From Candidatus Heimdallarchaeum aukensis (lineage in GTDB: Archaea; Asgardarchaeota; Heimdallarchaeia; Heimdallarchaeales; Heimdallarchaeaceae): 64,000 nt of DNA. Positions 48,900-59,158 of this stretch are shown in pieces. The translations under genes were made by a program, and so were the position numbers. Within the stretch, counting starts at the first letter, position 1. Every line of letters begins with the position of its first letter. The notes beneath the pieces were generated by a model. It ran no database searches, had not been told where the DNA came from, and saw nothing but the letters and a program-made list of their open reading frames with translations. The stretch covers positions 160,001 through 224,000 of the forward strand of contig CP084166.1 in NCBI GenBank assembly GCA_021513695.1, given 5' to 3'.

Positions 48900-49634
48900 A
48901 TGAGTGAGAATAGTGCAGAAGATATAATATTAACTAAAGATCTAGTTAAGAACTTTAAACTTGATAGAGATACTATAGTAAAAGTTCTTACTGGAGTAAA
49001 CATGAGAATAAAAAAAGGCGAATTTGTTGCTATAATGGGGCCCAGTGGTTCAGGAAAGAGTACGCTAGTAAATATATTATCAACTTTAGAGACAATTACA
49101 GATGGTGACGTATATATTGTTGGAACTAATTTAAAAGAGTTAACAAACAAAGAATATTTAGAAATTAGGAGAAAAACTTCCTCAATCGTTTTTCAAAATT
49201 TCAGTTTGATCTCTTATCTCACAGCTTTAGAAAATGTAAAACTTCCTATGATTTTAAGAGGAGAAGATGATGAAACAGCTACAAGAAAAGCTATAGCATA
49301 TCTAGAAAATGTAGGTCTTTACGGAAGAATGCATCATTTACCAGAACAACTCTCAGGGGGAGAACAGCAAAGAGTTGCAATAGCACGTGCATTAGCTCAT
49401 GAACCAGATATTATATACTGTGATGAACCTAGTGGCAATTTAGATACTGTTACAGGAAGAGAAATAATAAGTTTGTTTAAACAGTTGAGCAAAGAGAAGA
49501 ATATTACTGTAGTTATGGTTACTCATGATCATGAAGCAGCAAAACAGACAGATCGATTATACATTTTGCGTAATGGAAAACTTGCAGAAGAGCAGATTTC
49601 AATTTTAAACAAGCGTAGAGGTGAAAGAAAATGA
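48900..49634 (+). CDS. ABC transporter ATP-binding protein (MacB/LolD type)
   Basis: Walker A 'GPSGSGKST'; signature 'LSGGEQQRVAIARAL'; Walker B 'IIYCDEPSG'. Confidence 0.85.
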   Translation: MSENSAEDIILTKDLVKNFKLDRDTIVKVLTGVNMRIKKGEFVAIMGPSGSGKSTLVNILSTLETITDGDVYIVGTNLKELTNKEYLEIRRKTSSIVFQNFSLISYLTALENVKLPMILRGEDDETATRKAIAYLENVGLYGRMHHLPEQLSGGEQQRVAIARALAHEPDIIYCDEPSGNLDTVTGREIISLFKQLSKEKNITVVMVTHDHEAAKQTDRLYILRNGKLAEEQISILNKRRGERK

Positions 49635-52444
49635 GTATTTCAGGTAAAATTATTGCAATGATTAATTATATTCAACTTGCATTTAAGTCTATTATCTCAT
49701 ATAAGAGAAGATCTCTATCGATTGTTGCTGGGTTAATTCTAGGAGCAGCAATCTTCTCGAGTATTTTCTTTTATGGTTCTATTGTAAAAACAATAGCTGT
49801 AATGGATATAGTAAATAACATTGAAGCTGAAGTTATCTTTTATCCAAATGATTTAGGATTTAATAACCCATGGGAGCTTTCTAATGAGATAGCAAATGAA
49901 CCAGAAGCGAAAGAGGCAACGATTATTTACACAAAAAGTTATGGTTATATAAGTGGAGAAGATTTTTTTGAGTTTAGTTTTGAACTTACAGAAAATGTAA
50001 GTGATACGAAATATCAACCTGAATATCTGAATCCAATTGTTATCGATGAAGAGGATGTAAATAATGAGTTCGTTAATTCAATAGATTTAGTTGATGGAAA
50101 TCTATCTCTTAACGAGGGCGAATGTATAGTATCTGAAACTTTGTCTCTAATATATGGTTTGGAGATTGGTGATAATTTACCTGTAAATATAACAGCATCC
50201 ACTCTTGTATTTGATGATCTTACTCGAAACTTTACTGTTACTGAATCAGTAAATCTTGTAACTAATCTTACAATTTCAGGATTCTTTAACATTGAACGAG
50301 TAAGAACAGGAATAAGTTTCTTCAGTTCTGAAGATGTTATTTTTTCTTCTTCTAATCTAATAGATGAAATGATTGATTCACTTGTAAAACATGGGTATTA
50401 CATAATTGGAGTGAAATTAGATTATAGTAACTTATCAGTCGACGATATAAATAAAATGAGTGAAGAAATTGACATTTTCATTGATAGAATAATTAGAAGG
50501 CATCCAAATCAACTAGAAGGAATTAACCTTGTTGGTTTAGTGTTGCAAGCAAACTCAATATTAACTTTGATAATGCAAATAATAGATTTTGTTCTTTATA
50601 TTCCTGCGTTAATACTTTCTATAATTTTAATTAACTTTGGTGCTGATCTTGCATTACAAGAAAGGAAATACGAGGTAGGAGTACTAAAAGCTCAAGGAGC
50701 AAGTCCAAAGCAAATAAAAAGGATGATTTTTACAGAAATCATTATTATTGGAATTATAGGTGAAACTATAGGCATCAGTCTTGGAACAATTGGAGCAGCA
50801 GTCGTGGTATCTTCTTATAGCTTTATGAATGTGAATATATCACAGTTCAGTGAAGCTTTTACTTTTTTAAGTATTAAAGCTGGAGGAATTATCACTACAA
50901 TAATTGTTACACTAGGCATTTTACTAATTACAACTAACAAGAAAACAAAAACATTCTTAAAACAAGAAATAGCAGTAGTGAAAACAATAGATAAACCAAA
51001 GATTGGTTTCTTTAAACGTATTTATGCAGATGTCTTCGCTTTTTCATTTGGAATGATAGGCGTATTTCTATCATTTTTAAGAGAAATAAATGAAAATGTT
51101 AAATTCCAAGGTTGGGCAATCTTTCTCCAGATTACTTCACCTATTTTACTATGGTACGCTTCAGGATTGGTTGCTTCTAGAATCGCTCCTAAGATCCCAC
51201 AAGTTTTGGATAAGTATATAGTTAGAGTATTTAAAAGGATTGGACTCTTAATAAAAGGAAGTTTAAGTAGAAGACACCAATATTTCCCAAGAATAACTTT
51301 GCTTCTCTGCTTATCAGTTTCTCTTTCAGTTTTTACTGCCATTCAAGGAGCGACAGGGAACGAATTTCTTATCCAACAAGTAGAGACCAATGTAGGCGGA
51401 GATATGAGAATAGAATTAGTTGGTAATATCAACTCTCTTAGTATATCAAACTTCACAGGATTTGAAGACAAAATAGAGAGTGTAGTCCCTATATATTATA
51501 AATCTGCAGAACTGTTTTGGGGAGGTAAGATATTTATCTTTGGAGTAGACATTGAATTATACTCCGAAGAATGCTTCTGGCATAAAAATGCGATAGAAGA
51601 TTATAAAAATCCAAAAGATGGGTTAGATGTTCTACTTGCAGATCCTCTTAATAACATGGCTGTAGACAAGATGACTGCCAACTATCTTGAAATTGATACA
51701 AATTCCACTATCTCATTAACTGAAGTCAACAAAACAATTACTGCAGAAGCTAAAATTGTTTATGATCATGCTCCAGCATTGTTGGATGTAGAAAATGAAT
51801 GGGGTTTCCATGCTTTGGTCGATAAAAGATTCCTAATTGCTCATTTTCCAGATACGACAAAGATTGTAAGAGCAGTCATAAACTTTAAACTAGGAGTAAA
51901 TGTGGAAAAAGAAAGGTTAGCTTTTGAATTCAAGAAGAATTTTGAGTGGATAAGCGATATTTATACTTATGATGAGGTGCTAGAAGATTTACAAAAAGCT
52001 GAAGGACGAAGCTTTGGAATACCAGGACTTCTTTCGATTAACTATATCGTTGCTATTACTATTTCAATCATCGGAGTATTTATCTTTATGATGTTAATAA
52101 TTAATAAACGAAGAAAAGAATTTGCGATTTTAATTGCTGAAGGTGCTTCGAAAAAGCAACTAATTCTACTAGTAATAAGTGAAATACTTTCTATTGCTAT
52201 ATTTGCGACATTATTTGGTTCAATCATAGGTTATTTATTTGCTTATCAATTCAATATCTTCATCTCGTTCTTTGATTCGGTATTAGGCTTTTCTCAAGTA
52301 ACCTTTAAACGGAATTTATACATACCAATAGTGTCATTATCAATTACAATAGTAATATCTTTTGTGTCGATAATAATAGCTACGTTAATACCTGCAATTA
52401 GCGCATCAGAAGTAAACGTAGTCGAAGAAATGAGAGTAGTTTAG
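49631..52444 (+). CDS. ABC transporter permease with two FtsX-type domains (MacB-like, 937 aa)
   Basis: N-terminal TM, then a large extracytoplasmic domain, then three to four TM. This layout is repeated; the C-terminal helices follow the FtsX pattern. The start overlaps the ATPase stop (ATGA). Confidence 0.7.
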   Translation: MSISGKIIAMINYIQLAFKSIISYKRRSLSIVAGLILGAAIFSSIFFYGSIVKTIAVMDIVNNIEAEVIFYPNDLGFNNPWELSNEIANEPEAKEATIIYTKSYGYISGEDFFEFSFELTENVSDTKYQPEYLNPIVIDEEDVNNEFVNSIDLVDGNLSLNEGECIVSETLSLIYGLEIGDNLPVNITASTLVFDDLTRNFTVTESVNLVTNLTISGFFNIERVRTGISFFSSEDVIFSSSNLIDEMIDSLVKHGYYIIGVKLDYSNLSVDDINKMSEEIDIFIDRIIRRHPNQLEGINLVGLVLQANSILTLIMQIIDFVLYIPALILSIILINFGADLALQERKYEVGVLKAQGASPKQIKRMIFTEIIIIGIIGETIGISLGTIGAAVVVSSYSFMNVNISQFSEAFTFLSIKAGGIITTIIVTLGILLITTNKKTKTFLKQEIAVVKTIDKPKIGFFKRIYADVFAFSFGMIGVFLSFLREINENVKFQGWAIFLQITSPILLWYASGLVASRIAPKIPQVLDKYIVRVFKRIGLLIKGSLSRRHQYFPRITLLLCLSVSLSVFTAIQGATGNEFLIQQVETNVGGDMRIELVGNINSLSISNFTGFEDKIESVVPIYYKSAELFWGGKIFIFGVDIELYSEECFWHKNAIEDYKNPKDGLDVLLADPLNNMAVDKMTANYLEIDTNSTISLTEVNKTITAEAKIVYDHAPALLDVENEWGFHALVDKRFLIAHFPDTTKIVRAVINFKLGVNVEKERLAFEFKKNFEWISDIYTYDEVLEDLQKAEGRSFGIPGLLSINYIVAITISIIGVFIFMMLIINKRRKEFAILIAEGASKKQLILLVISEILSIAIFATLFGSIIGYLFAYQFNIFISFFDSVLGFSQVTFKRNLYIPIVSLSITIVISFVSIIIATLIPAISASEVNVVEEMRVV

Positions 52445-52455
52445 GTGATAAAAAA

Positions 52456-53457
52456 ATGTATACAGGAATAATGAAAAAAGCAGAACTCCCGGAAGATTTA
52501 GCTTTGCAGTGTTTAGACCTTTATCATGTATATGGGACTGAACTAGAAAATAAAGTAGTAGCTCTTAGAGGGGTAAGTTTTGATATTAAAAAAGGAGAAA
52601 TACTTTCAATAATTGGCCCATCTGGAGCAGGAAAATCAACATTGCTTTTGAGTTTAGGTGGAATGTTAAAACCTTCAGCAGGTCAGATAATATTCAGTGA
52701 TGGAACAGATATTACTAAATTACCGGAGAAGTTCCTTTTTGAGTTTAGAAGAAAGAAGGTAGGGTATGTTTTCCAAGAACAGAACCTATTACCTCATTTA
52801 AGTGCAGAAAAGAACATAGAAATGCCCATGAAACTTTTAAATACTCCTTACTTAGAAATGAAAAGAAAATCAAAAGAACTTATGCAAAGATTAGGAATTT
52901 TCCATAGAAGACATCATATTCCCACTAAACTATCAGGTGGAGAAAGGCAAAGAGTAGCTATAGCAAGAGCTTTAGCAAATAATCCTGAAATAATACTCGC
53001 AGATGAACCTACAGGAGCTGTAGATGCTGAAACATCAGTACAAATTTTGGAGTTATTTACAGAACTTTCTGATGAATTTGGAACAAGTTATCTTATATGC
53101 TCTCATGACCCTATTGTTGCAGATTTCTCCAATCGTTCTTTGGAAATTCGAGATGGAATAATCATAGGAGAACATGGAATGGGTTTTGACCTCGAGAATC
53201 TTGATCAAACTCGATTGCTTGTTCCAGATAATCAAGGTAGATTGAGTATTCCAGAAGAAGCTATGCGACAATTAGGAGGAGCTTTTCTTTTCTCTTGGGA
53301 GGTTACAGAACAAGGTCTTTTGTTGAAACCTATCAAATCTCCAGAAAAAAGAGAAGGGCCAAAAATAAAGTTTTGCCCAAGTTGTGGGCTGGAAATACCA
53401 CCTAATACCTATTCTTGTCCTCGCTGTGGAACTAAACTAACAAGAGTAATTCATTAA
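52456..53457 (+). CDS. second ABC ATP-binding protein with a C-terminal AbrB-like (swapped-hairpin) segment and a Zn ribbon
   Basis: Walker A 'GPSGAGKST'; 'LSGGERQRVAIARAL'; C-terminal 'GRLSIPEEAMRQLGG...' then 'CPSCGLEIPPNTYSCPRCG'. Confidence 0.7.
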   Translation: MYTGIMKKAELPEDLALQCLDLYHVYGTELENKVVALRGVSFDIKKGEILSIIGPSGAGKSTLLLSLGGMLKPSAGQIIFSDGTDITKLPEKFLFEFRRKKVGYVFQEQNLLPHLSAEKNIEMPMKLLNTPYLEMKRKSKELMQRLGIFHRRHHIPTKLSGGERQRVAIARALANNPEIILADEPTGAVDAETSVQILELFTELSDEFGTSYLICSHDPIVADFSNRSLEIRDGIIIGEHGMGFDLENLDQTRLLVPDNQGRLSIPEEAMRQLGGAFLFSWEVTEQGLLLKPIKSPEKREGPKIKFCPSCGLEIPPNTYSCPRCGTKLTRVIH

Positions 53458-53531
53458 TTTCTTTTATCTTTTTTAAACTAGTTTTTTAATTAGTAATATT
53501 TTTAACTAATGAATGTTCTATAAGGCTGAAA

Positions 53532-55337
53532 ATGGTTAAACAAGAAATCATTCCTCCAGAAGATAAAATTGACTCATGGGTTTATCGCCGAAAAATAGGT
53601 GAATATTCCAGTTTAAAAGAATTAGCAAGAAGAATTACTCAAGAAGAAAATATTCCTTTATTAGACTTAACACTTTTTCCAGATGTTTCTTATAATGAGA
53701 TAGAAGGAAAGCCAATAAGCGAAAAAAGCATACCTTATTTGTTAAACAAAGTTATGATTCAGAAGCCTACTGATAATCCAAATGATCATTTATTTGTTCT
53801 AGCTATGGATTATGGATATTTAGGAAAGAATATTACAAAAAAAATAGTTTCCATAAATAAAAAATATCCTTCACAAAGTAAACCTAAAGGAAAAGTAATT
53901 TTTTCTCTTTACAACGAAAATAAAATAAAAATTGCAGAAGTACCTTTTTTGCACTCTTCAAGTTTTCAAGGTCATCCTGTCTCTTCAGCTCCTCAAATAT
54001 TCTTGTGTTTCCTACCAAATTTAGAGGAGAATCAGAAATTTTATTATCAGATAATAGGTTATTCTAATGGAAATACAATAATTTGTGGATCTAAATTATT
54101 ATCGTTTAAGAATTATAGAAATAGCTCTTCTGAACCTTTTTTCTTTGTTGCAGCTTCAGATTTACATGCAGGCGCAGGAGCAAGATTCAAAAGAGGAAGA
54201 GTATGGGGGCTCTTTCCTCGAAATAATAAACATTTAATGAAGTTAATGAATAACATCGCAGAAAATGAAAGTACATACAGTTTTGATCATGGATATAATG
54301 CTTTTATGACTTCAGGAGATAATATAGATAATGGTTCTTATCACGAATATTGGGAAGATTTTTTAGACTGTAGTTCAATAGTATTATCTAAAATTCCTAT
54401 TTATCCTACAATAGGGAATCATGATTATTTGTTTGGAGGAATTTTTAGAGGAACATATCTCTCTTCTTGGAAAAAAACCCAAAAAAGTTTTCACGCTCTT
54501 TTCCATGTTCCACGAACTAGTCCTAAAGGTGCATTCTACGCTCATTCAAATGGAAACGTGAAATTCATCCACCTAGACTCAATGGGGTTGAATTGGGGAA
54601 ATGAGTCAATATATTGTGGAAGTAGACAATATGAATGGGTAAAATATCAGCTTAAAGAATGGAGGAGAAATCAGAAAAAGAATGAAGAAGAACCCGATTT
54701 CTGTGTAGTTTTTCTACATTCTGCTATTCTCACAATAGGTTTCTTTGGAAGAACGCAAGGAAAATCATCTGATGCTCTAGCAAATAAAAGCTTAATACCC
54801 TTGTTCAACACCTACGACGTTAATCTAGCAGTTTTTGGACATGATCATATGTACCAAAGATCAGAAGTAGACAAAACTTCATATTGCTGTATAGGATTGT
54901 CAGGGAAGACTCCCATAAATTATTTTGATTTCTTAAGGAATGTAGTAGGATATAAAATTCACAGAGATGAAGAAGGAGAAATAGCAAGGGGTTATGCAGT
55001 AATTTATGTGCCACCAAAAGTAAAAAATCAAACTGAAGAACAAAAAAGAGAGTTTGACAATTTTCTAGAGAGTGTTAGAAAAAAAGCAATGGAAAATATA
55101 GAACTTTATTATTACTTTAGTAAAAAAGAAAAAAGAAAAAACAAAGAACTATTTACTGATAAAGATAAATTAAGTGAGTTTGTTAAGAATAAAATAATAG
55201 CTAAACTAAAAGATCATCTGTGGTGGAGATTCTATAACTTAAAAGGAGAACTAGTGGATAGCTGCTTTATTCAAAAAACAACTGGAAATTATGATGACAT
55301 TGAAAAAATACAATGTCCGGGAGAGCACATAAGATAG
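53532..55337 (+). CDS. calcineurin-like metallophosphoesterase (purple-acid-phosphatase-like)
   Basis: 'GDNIDNG', 'GNHDY', 'GHDHMYQRS' metallophosphatase motifs. Confidence 0.7.
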   Translation: MVKQEIIPPEDKIDSWVYRRKIGEYSSLKELARRITQEENIPLLDLTLFPDVSYNEIEGKPISEKSIPYLLNKVMIQKPTDNPNDHLFVLAMDYGYLGKNITKKIVSINKKYPSQSKPKGKVIFSLYNENKIKIAEVPFLHSSSFQGHPVSSAPQIFLCFLPNLEENQKFYYQIIGYSNGNTIICGSKLLSFKNYRNSSSEPFFFVAASDLHAGAGARFKRGRVWGLFPRNNKHLMKLMNNIAENESTYSFDHGYNAFMTSGDNIDNGSYHEYWEDFLDCSSIVLSKIPIYPTIGNHDYLFGGIFRGTYLSSWKKTQKSFHALFHVPRTSPKGAFYAHSNGNVKFIHLDSMGLNWGNESIYCGSRQYEWVKYQLKEWRRNQKKNEEEPDFCVVFLHSAILTIGFFGRTQGKSSDALANKSLIPLFNTYDVNLAVFGHDHMYQRSEVDKTSYCCIGLSGKTPINYFDFLRNVVGYKIHRDEEGEIARGYAVIYVPPKVKNQTEEQKREFDNFLESVRKKAMENIELYYYFSKKEKRKNKELFTDKDKLSEFVKNKIIAKLKDHLWWRFYNLKGELVDSCFIQKTTGNYDDIEKIQCPGEHIR

Positions 55338-55393
55338 CATTAAGTCTTCTATAAAAAAAGAAAAAAGGAAAAAAGAAAAAGGTTGCTTAGAAA

Positions 55394-56818
55394 TTATTTA
55401 GCAGGTTTTAGTGAAGCACCACATTTTATGCAAAATGAACTGTCTCCTGGGTTCTTAGCCTCACAGAAAGGACAGATAATTTCTTTATCTTTTGCTGGAG
55501 AACTTACAGAAAGAATCTCGTCAAACTCTGATGAACTTTTATTAACCGATAGAGGTTGATGGGTTGGAAAAGTCGCTTTTCTCGTAGAATATTCATGTTT
55601 AACCTTTTTAGCTTGTTCTGATTTTTGTATTCCAGGAATGAAAACAATGTCATTTTTCACATCATAAGCTATATTTGCAAGTCCTAAATTAATTATCTTC
55701 CAGATGTCTTGATGCACAACTTTGTATGGGGAGTTAAGTATTTTTGTTAGATCTCGAATATATATTGCTCCGTAACCTTGAACTATCTGGATAAGTTTTT
55801 CTCTCCTGTTCCTTGAATTATACATTACAATTGCAGTAATGATAGCTAGTATAATTGGCATTGCAAAAATGTTCCAAAAAGTAGCTGTAAAGCAACCAAT
55901 CAAGAAGAAGAATACTGACAGTAATATAAGAACTCTTTCGGTAATATCTGTTTGGTCATATTGATAATGTAATTTATTTATGAATTTGTTTTTGCTAACG
56001 TAAGTTTTTGGTGATTTAGCAACAATAAAGTTCTCAGAGATATTTGCTAATGCAGGTATGTACCTTGTTTTTCTATCAACTGCTTCAGTTATAGTAGATG
56101 GAGTTACTCTTGCTGAAGGCTTTGTTTTGTCGTTTGAACTAGATATATCTTTTTCTGCTCTAGAAACTGGTGCGCTAGAGGGTTTACTAGTCTCTTTTTC
56201 ACTGTGTTTACTGGGCCTTGAATAATAGTAACTTTCTCGTCTAGCACTTCTATCATAGCCCTTTCGTTCATCATATTTCGAAGCTCCTCCTGTAATTGGT
56301 ACTATAAATATATTCTTGATTAGGTATCCAATTGTGTGTAGAAACAACAATAACAAGAAGAAACCATCTATTACCCCGAAAATGAATGCTGAAATAACAA
56401 AAGCTCTTGGTATACTTACCATAATATAATATATAGAAATTGTAAAGTCATTTTCATTGACTAAGTATATTGCAGCATCATTATTATCATTTCCGAATAT
56501 TATTTCGCTATGTTTCTTATTTTTTACAGCATCATATTGATCAATATTTGAATATATGTCTTCAATATAATTCTCTATATGATATGTTGTTACTTTTACA
56601 TCTTCACCTGCATTTACATAATATTGAATGAAGTGGTAATATGAACTGTCTAATTCTAGAATTGTGTAATTGCCAGGATCAAGTGTAATTGTAGTCTCAT
56701 TATAATTTGTGTTTAATCCTCCAATCGTTACTACAATTCCAAGAGGTATTGTAGCGATTGCAATGAATACGATGGATGTTACTGCTAATCCGTTCAAATA
56801 TTTTGCGTGATTACCCAT
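55394..56818 (-). CDS. membrane protein with a C-terminal Zn ribbon
   Basis: N-terminal TM, central TM pair, Ser/Lys-rich linker, C-terminal 'CPFCEAKNPGDSSFCIKCG'. Confidence 0.4.
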   Translation of the reverse strand: MGNHAKYLNGLAVTSIVFIAIATIPLGIVVTIGGLNTNYNETTITLDPGNYTILELDSSYYHFIQYYVNAGEDVKVTTYHIENYIEDIYSNIDQYDAVKNKKHSEIIFGNDNNDAAIYLVNENDFTISIYYIMVSIPRAFVISAFIFGVIDGFFLLLLFLHTIGYLIKNIFIVPITGGASKYDERKGYDRSARRESYYYSRPSKHSEKETSKPSSAPVSRAEKDISSSNDKTKPSARVTPSTITEAVDRKTRYIPALANISENFIVAKSPKTYVSKNKFINKLHYQYDQTDITERVLILLSVFFFLIGCFTATFWNIFAMPIILAIITAIVMYNSRNRREKLIQIVQGYGAIYIRDLTKILNSPYKVVHQDIWKIINLGLANIAYDVKNDIVFIPGIQKSEQAKKVKHEYSTRKATFPTHQPLSVNKSSSEFDEILSVSSPAKDKEIICPFCEAKNPGDSSFCIKCGASLKPAK

Positions 56819-56839
56819 TTTTCATCACTTTCTACTTTT

Positions 56840-56914
56840 TACTACTGTGGTAGTAGTTTCTACCTATTTATAAATGTATCTATTTATTTCTAAATTTTTA
56901 CTACTCAAGTAGTA
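56840..56914. promoter_or_regulatory. two copies of the palindrome TACTAC-N4-GTAGTA (56840-56855 and 56899-56914) in the divergent trmB / membrane-protein intergenic region
   Basis: Seen directly: 'TACTACtgtgGTAGTA' and 'TACTACtcaaGTAGTA', 59 bp apart. Confidence 0.4.
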
Positions 56915-56950
56915 ATATTTATATACAATCAAGTGTGAAAAAACATGTAA

Positions 56951-57895
56951 GTGAGAAAATTGTCAAAGAGAGAGCAGTTGGAAAAGAATATAAGAAGATT
57001 ACAACAACTGGGATTTTCACAATACAGTGCTAAAGCTTACTTAGCTTTGGTTAGATTAGGAAAAGGAACTGCCTCTGAAATTGCTAAGAAGGCAGAGATT
57101 CCTCAAGCAAAAATATATGGTGTACTAGATGATTTATATGAGCGAGGATTTATAAGCAAAATAGAAGATGTTACCCCTGCATCGTTCATAGTAGAAAAAC
57201 CAAAAGAGCAATTCTTAAAGTTCTTAGAGAATTTTACAGAGCTAGCAGACTACCTGAATGAGATATACAACAGCGCTGGAGCAGAAAGTAAGTATGGTTT
57301 TGTGACTAAAGGTAACTTTACAGGAAAGCTACAAGCAACAGACTTTTTTTATATTTTTGATATGAGCGATAATTTATTCAAAAAATTCTTTGAGAGAAAA
57401 ATTCACAATTATTTCAAAGTTGGAGGGCCTTCAAACTCATTGATTGCAATTGGAGAAAAATACACAATTCTGCTAATTGAAAAAGATCATGGAATACAAT
57501 ATATTAAAATTGAAGATCAGATTTTTTCAAGGATGATAGATACATTATTAGCTTTATCGCCGTCTAATAGGCATATTACAGAAGAGATGTACGAAATAAG
57601 TATGGGAGAACCTATCTTATACATTGATTCAGTTTTAACTTCTTCAGGATATGTTTTTGGTCAATATGGCACAATATGGCTCTCTCCTGAAAGATTTTTT
57701 ATAAAAATTCCTGGAAAGGATGTTTACGCTCGTCCTCTCTCTTCTCTAGCAAGCTATGTTCTTACTGAAGATGACTCAATAGAACTTAATGTAGCAAGAT
57801 TAGATGGTGAGAGGGAGTTAAGTGAGATATTTACATTATCAGATCCTACAATTATTTTGAATTTGATAGATTTCATAAAAAATAAAAGAAAATAG
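56951..57895 (+). CDS. TrmB-family transcriptional regulator
   Basis: N-terminal wHTH 'GFSQYSAKAYLALVRLGKGTASEIAKKAEIPQAKIYGVLDDLYERGFI', the TrmB family signature; 314 aa with a C-terminal effector domain. Confidence 0.75.
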   Translation: MRKLSKREQLEKNIRRLQQLGFSQYSAKAYLALVRLGKGTASEIAKKAEIPQAKIYGVLDDLYERGFISKIEDVTPASFIVEKPKEQFLKFLENFTELADYLNEIYNSAGAESKYGFVTKGNFTGKLQATDFFYIFDMSDNLFKKFFERKIHNYFKVGGPSNSLIAIGEKYTILLIEKDHGIQYIKIEDQIFSRMIDTLLALSPSNRHITEEMYEISMGEPILYIDSVLTSSGYVFGQYGTIWLSPERFFIKIPGKDVYARPLSSLASYVLTEDDSIELNVARLDGERELSEIFTLSDPTIILNLIDFIKNKRK

Positions 57896-57930
57896 TTAAA
57901 TTTCGTATTCGAAGCTACTTTATAAAAAAA

Positions 57931-58926
57931 TCACTTTTTTCTTTTTTCTTTATTATTATTAATGTAGTCCCGTTCTGAATCTTTAATCATATCTTCTAAT
58001 GACATCATTGGCTTATATCCAATTTTCATTATCTTTTCATTTGAAAGTGTCCAACATTTACCTATCATCTGTGCATATTCACGATTAAATAGTGGTTCTC
58101 TATGTGGTTTGATTATTCGAGACATAAACTCAAAAATCATTGCACCAAACAACAATAAAGGATATGGTAACATGAATTTAAATCGCTGTTTATTAAAAGC
58201 AATTAATTCTATCTTTTTTATAAGTTCTTCAAATTCAGCGTCATAGCTTGAAACATTATATACTTCTATTTTGTTATTACTATGTTCTGTAATTGTAAGG
58301 ATAGCTCTAGCGACATCATAGGCATGAATAGTACCGATTTTGTGATTTCTTTTCCCCATAATAGGAAAAAGATTTCTTTTTATTAGCTTTCTTGCAAAAA
58401 CATAAAAATGTCTGCTTCCTTTGCCAAGAACCAAAGGTATTCTGATAATAGCTCCTTTAATACCTGCTTCCTCACATAATTGTTGAACATATTTTTCTGC
58501 CTTTACTTTCGATTTAGCATAATAACCAATAGGATTAAGGGGACTGTCTTCTGTAATTGGACATTCTTTAAAAATCCCATAAACTGCCGCACTACTGGAA
58601 AAGAAAAACCTCTTTACTTGATTCCTTTTGGCAGCTTCAATCAGATTAATAGTCCCTTGAACATTTACTTTTTCATAAAGATCTTTGTGTTCATTGTTTA
58701 CAGCGGCAGCAAAATGGTAAATGTCTGTGATTCCCGTCTTTTTAATTAAGACATCTAAACTTTCATAATCTGTTAAATCACATATTAGATATGTAACTCC
58801 TTTGATCAAGTTTTCTATTGGTCTTCTGACTAACCCAAATAACTCGTAGTCTGTATTTTTACTAAGATATTCTAACACTCCTTGGCCTATACATCCGGAA
58901 GCTCCAGTAACTAATACCTTTATCAT
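57931..58926 (-). CDS. NAD-dependent epimerase/dehydratase family protein
   Basis: N-terminal 'KVLVTGASGCIGQGVLEYL' Rossmann; YxxxK region 'YAKSKVKAEKY'. Confidence 0.75.
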   Translation of the reverse strand: MIKVLVTGASGCIGQGVLEYLSKNTDYELFGLVRRPIENLIKGVTYLICDLTDYESLDVLIKKTGITDIYHFAAAVNNEHKDLYEKVNVQGTINLIEAAKRNQVKRFFFSSSAAVYGIFKECPITEDSPLNPIGYYAKSKVKAEKYVQQLCEEAGIKGAIIRIPLVLGKGSRHFYVFARKLIKRNLFPIMGKRNHKIGTIHAYDVARAILTITEHSNNKIEVYNVSSYDAEFEELIKKIELIAFNKQRFKFMLPYPLLLFGAMIFEFMSRIIKPHREPLFNREYAQMIGKCWTLSNEKIMKIGYKPMMSLEDMIKDSERDYINNNKEKRKK

Positions 58927-59158
58927 TCAGTCCTTTCTTTTTTCACCTATTTTTATAACTATTGCTAGTGGAAAATTAACTTTTTTTATATCGCTTTTAA
59001 TTATACTTAAGTAAGGATTCTAAATACTTCCAAAAAACTTCTTTTTCAATTACATTTAGTTAAAATTTTTCATACAAATTTTCATTTCAAATTTAATGGA
59101 ATTCAAAACTAGATGTGTAAAAAACTCGCACTACAAAAGGTAAGGCGAAAGTTTTTAT

